From NCBI RefSeq assembly GCF_037042905.1, contig NC_087245.1:18044001-18108000 (forward strand): a DNA stretch of 64,000 nt, given 5' to 3'. The stretch's first letter is position 1. Each line of letters opens with the position of its first letter. Below, in pieces: positions 29,001 through 40,600 of this stretch. A program made the translations under genes and the position numbers. Below the pieces are notes generated by a model, which did not search any database, had not been told where the DNA came from, and saw only the letters and a program-made list of their open reading frames with translations. The DNA comes from Lytechinus pictus. Lineage: Eukaryota.

Positions 29001-32000
29001 ACCATTGACCATGGTCATGTGACCTGAAACTCGCACATGATGTTTGCTAATACTTGATTAACCTTATGTCCAAGTTTCATGAACTAGATCCATAAATTTT
29101 CAAAGTTATGATAGTAATTCAACAAATACCCCCAACTTGACCAAAGTTCATTGACCCTAAATGACCTTTGACCTTGGTCACGTGACCTGAAACTCGAGCA
29201 GGATGTTCACTAATACTTGATTAACCTTATGCCTAAGTTACATGAACTAGGTCCATATACTTTCTAAGTTATGATGTCATTTCAAAAACTTAACCTTCGG
29301 TTAAGATTTTGAAAATAATTCTCCCAACATGGTCAAAGTTCATTGACCCTAAATGACCTTTGACCTTGGTCATGTGACCTGAAACTCAGGCAGGATGTTT
29401 AGTAATACTTGATTAACCTTATGTCCAAGTTTCATGAACTAGGTCCATATACTTTCTAAGTTATGATGTCATTTCAAAAACTTAACCTTAGGTTAAGATT
29501 TGATGTTGACGCCGCCGCCGTCGGAAAAGCGGCGCCTATAGTCTCGCTCTGCTATGCAGGCGAGACAAAAAAACAAAAAAGGATGGTCAGATGACCTGCA
29601 AACATAATGGCATCTACCTACGAAGGGCACAGGGTGAAAACATTCTCTTCTATGGGGAAGGAATACATTTTCAAAAGGGCTTTTCAATAATTTCTTTCAC
29701 TCTCCACAGAAAATCACATACACCAAGCACATCAGCAACATTCAAATTCAAACTTTAATTAAATTTGGACTTTAACTCTTTGTGCGCTGGACCATGAACC
29801 CATCTGTACTGAATTATTTTCAGGGAGGGAAACAATGCGTTGTTTGTTGAGTGTTTGTGTTTGTTGAGCACCGAGTGTGCATTGGTGCGAAGTACACGTG
29901 AAAAGGGTTAAATGATACAGCAAAATGGAGACTAAGTTCTTATCTCAAGTAAACTAATTACTTTAGGTATCATAACAGGAATCACCAAACAGTTTTGAAG
30001 AAATGGACAATTTCAATGTGACATTACCGATCTACAACTGCTATTTCTTTCAAAGATTGTAGGCTTAGTGGTGACTAGATGCTGAACGAGATTCTTAGCA
30101 AAAGCTGTTAAGTTGCCACTTTTGTTAGGAACATTACACAAATATATAATAATAAGAATAGTTGTGCTTCATAACTTTTGTACGTAAGTATCTAATCCAG
30201 CTATAGATAAATACGATCATTATCACAGAGATGCCAACCTAAAGGGATGGTTGTCAGGAATATTTACCATATTTGTCAGGAACAAATGGGAGTTTCTCAG
30301 GAACATCCCGCGAAGTAGCATCGTTTATACGCTCAAAAAAAAAAAACTCAGAAAATGAGTGAACAATGTCTCCGCCTTAATGATTTCGTGATCAGCTGAA
30401 ATTGATGTAGAGGATTGGAAAAATGTATCGATTCCAGGAGCTTTCTGCAACTTGGCATATTCTTTATGCTTTTTGCTTGAAACATGTCTTCTACAGTCAT
30501 CGCGTCCTCCGTGTGAAATTGAAACATCCAGTTTGCACGCTGAACAAAAGATGTGGTTTTTACTCACTTTACTTGGCTTTAAAACTGGCCACACAGCAGA
30601 GTATTCCATTTTAAATGTCTGCAATCTCCTTTTTTTTGGTAGGCTGTGACTCCATTTCGCCTGCGTCCGTAATTCTTTTGCGCGATTCCATGATGTTAAC
30701 GATGTTAAACTTTCAACCACCAAGACGAATGCTACTTCGAAGTTTGAACTCGCTACAGTGCAATACACGTATATGCAGCGCAGTGACGTGCCTAGCAGTA
30801 GCACTGCACTAGCAGTTACATGCGATTACCATGTCACACATGTGTTCATGTGTACAGTCAATCGCCATTGACATTGTGCATGCATGAACCGCGGCTTGCA
30901 CTCCGCACTTCGCTGTGTATTCAGCAGCAGCGCGCGGAGGCGCTTGCAATAGAAATCTCAGTAGAGAAACTCCCGTTGGTTTACCGTTGGCCACACACAC
31001 GCTGCATGCACGATACATGTATACACAATACACGCATATACATGCACAATACACAATACACGCATATATACACATGCACAGCAAAGCAATACACAATACA
31101 CATGTATTGTAGTTGTTTTTTCCGTAACCTTTTTACTGTTGCCGTAACACCGTAATTGGAGGAATAAAATCGGAACAAATACGGCGAATCCGGAACGGTT
31201 GGCATCTCTGTTATCATCATCAGGAATTATGAATTATTATTATTCTTAAAATCAAGACACCCAGGCCTGTATTCTGGAGTCTAATCTAACTCGGCTAAAC
31301 TTATGGGTAATTGAAATTATGAGAATTGTCTTTGCACTGCATGCTTATATTCATTGTGCTCTTTAATGGTGAATAAAGCTATTTCATTTATCATTCCCAG
31401 TAAGTTATGAATGATTTGAACAACAAATGTGCTGACAAATGGAACTTCAATTACCAGAGACTAGTGTCGTAGTTAAACCACAACTTCACACAAGAGTTTA
31501 AATCGAACCTGAATTCAGAATACAAGCCATACACTTAATACAAACACTCCACAAAACGAAAAGTAATACTTACAATCTCGGAAGTCATCTTCCTCAAAGT
31601 CAGCTGCATCATCATCTTCGCTGGTTACCGAACTTTCAACCTCCTCCTCCTTACAAAACAAAATAAGTTGTGAAGCAATCAAATGTAATTCTGTCATCGC
31701 CTTTCCAGGCAATTAAACAACATAATTAGGTACAACCAGGGGAAAAATATTGCTTGCATTTTTTCCCTACAACTCTTTACATCAAAATTGTATTGAACCC
31801 AATAGCAATTTACAGAGGCTCTTTCACAGCAAACATTGTCATTTAATTTTGTATTTCTTTTTTGCCCTTACCCCCATCTACTTTTTAGTGCAATCTTTGT
31901 ACAGAAAATTTGAAATCTTGCTGATAAAAAAATTAAATTCATGATCATCAACCCTCAGTCACACAAGATTGGGCTTTAAAGCTTAACAAGTTTATTTAGT

Positions 32001-35000
32001 GTTCAGAGATATTGAGACAAATCGCCCATTCAATCTACCTATGTTTTGAAAAAACATTATGAAACTGCAAAAAACATGTCAAGTTTGTAAAAACACTCTC
32101 AAGACATTACTGCAATTTCACATTTAATGTTAATGTGATGATCTTGTCTGTGCAACCACCAGCAAACTTTACTCTGCCTTAAGTCTTAACAGATTGGTTT
32201 GCAGGTTTTTCATCCTCTAATTTTCCATTGAATTTATCAACAAAATGCTGCTGAATCGCGGTCAGCCATGTCGGAGTAATCCTTTACTGGTTAACAGAAA
32301 TCTTGACTTGTCAATATTTCCAATTTTGACTCACTGAGATGATAATAATGAGAGAAGTGTGATTTTTTTTACCTCATCTGATGAAGAAGCACTTGAAGCA
32401 AGATACTCCTGAGCATCGAAGAATTCCACAATTGATTCTGAACGTGATAATCTATCATCTGATAGCTGTGGTGTCAGTGGAGTGTGCTGTAGATTCAAGT
32501 AAAATCAAGTTCAAGTATCTAATATTGCAGCTTTTGAAAAGTGATCAAATGGTCCTGAAAATGCAACATTCTTATTTTAAAAAATCCTGCTCATTTTGTG
32601 TAAAAGTCGTTCCATAAATGCATTCAAGTTCTGAATTTTTATCAGCAAAATTTGAAGTAAGGAAAATGTACAATACAAACACACATTCGTATGTAACGTG
32701 TATTGTTACAACTGAAATAAAAAATAAAAATAATGGAAATATACATATTCATAAAATCATTTGTAATTTCAGAAAAGGTTACATAAAACATCCCACAGGA
32801 TGAAATGAAAAACAAGGCAAACGACAAGCGTTGTCTCGCCTGCATATTGCAGTCATGAAGAGACTGCATGTCAAATCTGAAGGGTAACATTTAAGAAACT
32901 TTGACAGCTTTTCTATTGCACCATTGGCAAATTTGTGTGAATATTATAAATGGTGCCAAGAACTATAGCTCATTAAATAAATAACAACAGTTTTTAAAGA
33001 ATAAACAAGTAAAATACAAAATCTGGTTCAGGTATAGAGAGTACTGAGTTCTGAAGTAAAATGTTAGTGTTAAAAAGTATAAAATTATAAAGTTCATGTC
33101 ACTAAAGGAACAAAGTAGTGTGAAAGTTCATTGACCTTTGACCTTAATCAAATTCAACTCACATTCGAACCTGACCTGCACCTTCAAGAGATGGACCTCT
33201 GTTACGAGTTTGGCGATCCCACCTCGAAGCTATAGAAAGTTATTGTGTGTACAAAATAGCACAGTGCCAGTCATGGAAAGTTCATTGACCTTTGACCTTA
33301 ATCAAATTCAACTCACATTCGAACTTGACCTGCACCTTCAAAAGATGGACCTCTTGTATGAATTTGGCAATCCTACCTCGAAGATATAGAAAGTTATTGT
33401 GTGTACAGCACAGCACAGTGCCAGTCATGGAAAGTTCATTGACCTTTGACCTTATTCAAATTCGGCTCACACTTGAACTTGACCTGCACCTTCAAGAGAT
33501 GGACCTCTGTTATGAATATGGCGATCTCACCTCGAAGCTATAGAAAGTTATTGTGTGTACAACACAGCACAGTGCCAGTCATGGAAAGTTCATTGACCTT
33601 TGACCTTTGACCTTATTCACATTCGACTAATATTCGAACTTGACCTGTGCCTTCAGGAGATGGACCTCTGGTATGAATTTGGCGATCCCACCTCAAAGCT
33701 ATAGAAAGTTATTGTGTGTACAACACAGCACAGTGCCAGTCATGGAAAGTTCATTGACCTTTGACCTTATTCACATTTCGACTCATATTCGAACTTGACC
33801 TGTGCCTTCAGGAGATGGACCTCTGGTATGAATTTGGTGATCCCACCTCGAAGATATAGAAAGTTATTATGTGTACAACATAGCACAGTGCCAGTCATGG
33901 AAAGTTCATTGACCTTTGACCTTATTCAAATTCAAACTTGACCTGTGCCTTCAGGAGATGGACCTCTGGTATGAATTTGGTGATCCCACCTCGAAGCTAT
34001 AGAAAGTTATTGGGTGTACAACACAATTGTTGACGACGACGACGCCGGAAATAGTGATACCTATGTCTTGCTCCGCTACGCAGGCGAGACAAAAACCCAA
34101 CACTTTCAGTGATCAACATTATCTCTTCTTTCTCTGTTTCATTGCAATAATTTGATGGACTGTATAACTTATCATACTTTCACTATGCTGATCTGTATTT
34201 CCATATTTCTATTTCAAGCTTCATTTACTGTCAATGTGGAAACTCATGAATTGCAACCTCATAATACAAATAACCTGAACTTTTCTCAATGCTAAAAATC
34301 AATGGAAGAACATTAACTGAAAAGCTTTGAATTACCTGTAGTGGAAGTGTCATATCTAGGTCAGGTTTAGCTGCTATAGGTGTGAAAGTGATGGAAGCCT
34401 CTTCAAAAATTCTGGAAAGACGTTCACGCATATCGTCATTCTGCGCTTTCAGCTGTGTGATAAAACAAAGATTAAATGATAAAGAGGATACAAAGGTTGT
34501 TTTTATCCTTTCCAATATAACCAAGAAGACTTCAGTAAAATATGAATGTACATTCTATTGCTTTTTCATACAATTTATAATTTTAGATCACATACTTATA
34601 TTCCCTTTTCTAACAATACTCACTAATAGAGTTTAAAATTTTGAACATTGTTCTTTTTTGGTGCATATGCTAATCAATATCATACAATCATAAAGTAATA
34701 TATACATGGTAAATCCATTTTAACTTAATTATTATAATGGGTAGTGTGTACAAATCATTCTGCTTGATAAAATCAACTTGACTGAGCTTCAAAGATTCAC
34801 TTTACATGCAAATGCCCAGTTTTGTCAGTGGCACCTCAACAAGGCTCTTATTTTAATGAAATTATCTTTAGATATAAATTGATTCACACATTTGAAACAT
34901 TTTTCTAACAGGTACATTGAAATTCATATTCTCGAATATAAAATTTTGTAAAATTGACTTCATATAAGGTCTTATTTTTTATTGAATAACTATCTTGACA

Positions 35001-37554
35001 AAAATTGGATATAAAAACCAGAAAAATCTTAGGAGGTTAATGTTTCAAGTTTAATGGAGTTAAGATCACCTTGTGCATAGAGTCTTGCATCATGGCAATC
35101 TGTCTGGATTGTCCTAATGCAGATCCCAGCGTAGAACCTAGCATGTGGGACTGTGCATCAACTACCTGCTTGCATTTATCTGATTGAACTGTCAGCCAAT
35201 GGAGGGCGCTCTTCAAGTTTCTGTGAACTGGAAGAAAGAGTGAAAGACCACATCTAGCATGTTGCTTGTACATCTCACCATATCATTTTTAGTAGTTGCT
35301 TAACCCTAAATCTCCCAGGGTATTTTGATTCTTGTCATTCCCGAGGGGGGGGGGGCATTATGGCCCCCCTTAACCCTAAATAGACTGGGCTATTTTGATG
35401 CCAAAGAAGACTGGGGGGGGCTGATTTAGCCCCCCCCCCTATTAATTAATTGAGTTTGATTAGTAAAATTGAAAATAATTATACATTCATGAATTTTGGC
35501 TAAAAACACAATTTGCATTGGATTTGTACACAAATTCAAGTTTTTGACCGATTTCGGGTCAACATGCACTTACAAAATGTTGCGTAATTTCGGAACCACG
35601 TACCCGGGCGTCGCAAATTTGGTCTCAAAAGTTGCGCAGGACTTGAAAGAAAAAAGTCATGGAACGGCGCGGCGCCAGCTTTTCGCGTTACAGATTTATC
35701 GCGAAAAATGTCGAGGGGGGGCTGAATCAGCCCCCCCCCCAGTCTTTTTAGGGTTAAGATCTCAGCCGCGGATTGCGCGATCACAACAAAAATTTGCATG
35801 ATGGTAGAGAATGACGTAATCTACGCAGTTGCATTGGTAAATTTCACTGAATTCATATATTTTTATTTTATATGAATTAATTATGCTAATTTATTCATGA
35901 AATCATACTTTTTGCTCTGATTCACAAAATTAAGCTCCTAGAATGCAATTTTTTGGTGAAAATATTCTTTATAGCATTCCTAACAATTGTGAATGAAAAA
36001 AATTCTGGTACCAAGACCGATTTCTTATGTATTTTATTGTTTTTTAAATTTCTTATGTATTTCCTTGTTTTTTTACTTTTTGTTTTTTATTGTTTTTTCG
36101 ATGGAAATCGTTCCAGACTTAATTCTGTTCATAAACAAGGCAAAATTAATTAAGTTTAATCAGTGAAAGTAGAAATAATGATACATTTATGAATTTTGGC
36201 TAAATACACAATTTGCATTGGATTTGTACATGAAATCACGTTTATGAGCAATTTGGGGTCTGACATGCACTTACATAATGTCGTAACCGCGTACCCGGGC
36301 GTCACAAATTTGGTCTCAAAATTTGCGCGAGACTTGAAAGTAAAAAGTCAGCGAGCGGCGAGGTCAAAAAATTTTGCGCAGCAGATATATCGCGAAAATT
36401 GTCGAGGGGGGGCCATTATGGCCCCCCCTCCCCCGGGACAATTAGGGTTAAGTGACCATGTCATGGGCCTTTCTTACACAACAATTGTAATTCATTGTGC
36501 ATAAATCATAAAATCTTATAATAAACATTGTCTGATTTTGAACAAAAGGTTGAGACAATGTTGCATATTTGTGCTACAGAGTGTACTTGTCCCATCCTCC
36601 AAAGTGTTCTCTTTCACTCCATAAATGATCACACACTGGTGGCAGCATTACTACAGGTAATGAGTGTTACATGGAGATACACCTCCACACTACAATAGTT
36701 GTGACCCAAAGAGCTCACAAAATACAAAAATCCTCTCGATATTATAACATTGAACCAATTACATGTATAATATTGGAAGACAATTTAAAATCCAATAAAA
36801 TCAACATCCAATCTGAATTCCAAACATGAACCCAATTCACCTTTACATACACTGCAGTATATAAAACATTGTTGAGTATAATTACCTTGACTGGCCGTTT
36901 CTAAGAAGTCATCCCGGTTCTTCTGATCAACCTCTTTTGTTGAGACGGTAGATGAGTACGATCTGATGCTTACTGTATCATCCTCGACTACTAATCCAGT
37001 GCCAGGTATTACTGATGATGGGTGACTGTTTGGCCTCTGAAAAAGAACAGATTGGTAAATTTAAATGGGGGACTGTTTCTTTCCATCACCCCTTCCTACA
37101 TGTACATGTAGCAAGAATATTGTGTCATCTCCCTTTTTATCAAAGGTGTATCTAACTTTTGTAGTATAAAATTCTGCATTCTATTCTTACCTTACTCCTG
37201 AAGATGGACAGTCAACCTGCCCGAAACGTCGAGTCTCTCTACCACTCATCATCTCTACTCGCCGACTCAAGCCAGCATCTCCTCACTAGCTCTACTACTC
37301 AAGCTGTTCTCAACTCATCTTTCCTGGTTTACAGTCCTTTTCAGGACTACTTTCAAGAAAGAATACCCTACTCTCAAATCTCCACTTTCTCGCCTATCCA
37401 TTTCTTCTCTTCTCCTATCCACTGTTTCTACAACACTTCACATGGTGTACCGTAAACCACATCAGCGATTGTACATACCACCATGCAAACCTTCAAACAA
37501 CATCTTACCTTACTATGTTATAAAATGCCTAATCCATAATAATGAAGTCATCAC

Positions 37555-37624
<70 letters not shown>

Positions 37625-40600
37625 TTCTTCTTCTTCTTCTTCTTCATCATCATCACCATCATCATCAACATCATCATATTCACCATCATTACCATCATCA
37701 TCACCCCCACCACAACCACCACCGCCGCCGCCGCCACCACCATAATCATTAATTATATTGTAATCATTATTACTATCATTACTACCGTTTCTAAATTTAC
37801 TTTTAGAAAAGATATCTTCCTTACCGATTTGATATCATGTACTTGTGGGTCACTGGGAACCTTTCTCCTCATCTTCTTGAGTGATTTACGTGCTTTAGAT
37901 TTCTTGTGTCCTGATACTGGATCATCAACCTGAAAGTGGACAACCAAGTGCATACCTAGTTTAATACCAAGAATGCGTATAGGATTTCCATTTATTTGAA
38001 TGGAGGATATAAGAGCATAGTCGACTATAAATGCCTTGCTAATGGGAAAAGATGCCGCAGCCGGGGATCGAATCCCGGACTTACCATGTATAGTCAGGCG
38101 CCTTAGACCGCTCGGCCAGGGCACCGCCACATGAAAATCCAAATGTTCTCAGTACTAACATAATGAGGATGTGTTCCTTTGAAAGAATAGTTTATTTTCT
38201 CAGATGTGATATCTAAGTTGAAAGACCACCAGTCTTATCATCTGGGCTGGGATATAATTCTGTTTTTGACAGAAGGATTTTCTTTTTCATTTGAAGCGGA
38301 GACCTGGGGTGTGTTTCATGAAGAAAATAGTCAATGATTTTCACTAATTTCTCTGACCCCATCAGATGTAAGGATTTAAATTGCCTATAATAGTTGTCAG
38401 TAAAAACACTGGATATTTGTCTCACGAAATACCCCCTGAATAAACTTACCTCATAGTTGCCGTCTGCGTAGGGAGGTAGCTCTGTGTTCAAGAGTTCTTG
38501 TAAGATGTTAGATAGACTAACTATACTCTCCTCTGCATCAGTTAGCTCTGTCATAAACGAATTATTAACACATTATGAATACGCACATCTGCTTGTTGAG
38601 TAAACATAACTATGGAATGGGTAAATTGTATTCATGAAGCACATATTTCTATCAGACAAGGTGCTTTAATATCACTGTTTATACTAAATGTGGGCTTCTG
38701 ATTTTGCTTACTATGAATTCAAGAGGTAACTCTTAAGTAATAATTAAATACTTCGGGACTTATCGGCACATTTAAATTTTTTTACAGATAAATGGTGCGA
38801 TACAAATGCTGTTCATCATCATCATCAGTGGATTAGTCTCCAGACTTTGAAACAGAGGTCCGTGGGTTCAAATCCCAGCCATGGCATAGTTTCCTTCAGC
38901 AAGGAATTCATCCACAGTGTGCTGCACTCGACCCAGGTGAGGTAAATGGCAGGAAGTAATCCCTCAAAAAGCTGTGTGCACCAGAATCGGTAGCCTAGCT
39001 TAGCCAGGGTAATAATAATAACAGGACCCGCTTTTCAGGACTTCACTCACTTTCAAGAAAAGAATACTTCTTATTTCCTCTTTTCATCCTTTCTCGTCTT
39101 TCCATTTCAATCTTTCTGCCTGTATTTCCTTCCCTTCTTCATATTACACATGGTGAACGGTAAACCTTCTCCATGTTATAACTGTTCAGACTAACAGACT
39201 ATAACAGGAAAAGTGATTACTAGGTCTCTGCCGAACTTCATTCAGGCAAGACAAAAACACTCTGGTTTAACTTAGACCATGGTTCTACTCTGTGCTGAAA
39301 TTATGGAAAGCTTAGAATGTGACAGGTTTGTTTACAGTATTTCTTTATTATGTTTACTTTGCTCTTTGAGAATTATTAACAGTGAAGAAACAATTTTAGT
39401 TATAATTTCCTTACAGTTATGAATAAATTCTGTGTCAAATGATCTGGTAAATACAACTTGCATTGTCAAGATATTTGTTTCATAGTTAATCCACAATTTT
39501 AAACCAAAGTCAAGAGTACAGGCCTATAACTTCAGTGACAGTCCTCTCTGATGTGACACAGTATTGGTTAATACAGTACGCAAGCAATTAACCATACCTT
39601 TATAACATTTATCAAGATCGATACCATCGCTCTTATAGCCGAAGGATGAGCCCATGAGGGAGGTACCGAGTCTGGCCTTGGAGTACTGTTTACGGAGACT
39701 CTGCCTACGTCTCTCTAGGGTTATTGCTTTGAGTGTGAGTTCACTGGTAGGTGTAGATGATGGTGGAGCCTCAGGGCTCAGTGGTTTGGCAAGGGTTGGT
39801 GAGTGCAAGGTTTGTTGTTTCTTGTAGAGTTGATGGTGTTGGAGGTGCTTCCTCCAGTCGCAGAACTCGTCAAAGGAGCTTGCCTGAATGCAAGAGAATT
39901 CACAAATAATTTCAATGTTGAATTCATTACTGACAACAAAGAATGAGATTTTTACAGTAAAGGCATAAACAGATAGATAGTGATAAGAAAGAATCATAAT
40001 AAGCACAAATGGAGTCTTAGTTTTAGCTCTGAGAATCAGAAGAGTTATAATTTGCAAGGTCTTTGGTAAACATCAATTCCATATTAAGTTGAAAGCACTC
40101 AAACCTTTTTTTTATATTATAGGTGGAAAAGTCATAACATGCTCACATCTTCCATATATCCTACAATTGTTCTTTGTGATTTTGTAGGATAGTATTTTTC
40201 AAGATCAAAATTATCTATGATGAGACCTGAGTTCTCTGGATTTCTCTTGCAGTCTGATGTAACCCTTTAATAATACTGAAAATATAAGCCTTTCTTTGTA
40301 TTTTTGTATCTTTGTATTAAAATGTCATATCTCTCTTTAATATCCATTGATGGATTTTCGTTAATCCTTTATGTCCTCTTTCATTATTTCTCTATTAAAG
40401 TTTTCTGCTTTTATTAAAACAAACTTATCGCCAGGAACTTCCCCTTTAAATAAATATATTGTACAATATTTTGTTTCTTGAAGAGCATTAGTATCCCCAT
40501 CAAGGACCCATAACACAAAGCTTAGCAAAGATCATAGACCATATTTATACCATTAAGTGCATTGATTAAATGTACAATCAATCATGAAAATCAAGCGTAC

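Noticed and set aside
33138..33543. Two near-identical 83-aa ORFs
   Set aside because: Artefact of the 154-bp tandem array.
28590..34025. Regularly spaced repeats as a CRISPR array
   Set aside because: Whole 154-163-bp monomers are repeated with no unique spacers; the context is a eukaryotic intron and there are no cas genes.
37442..37933. ORFs with poly-I, poly-M or poly-S runs
   Set aside because: Translations of the (CAT)n/(CTT)n microsatellite.
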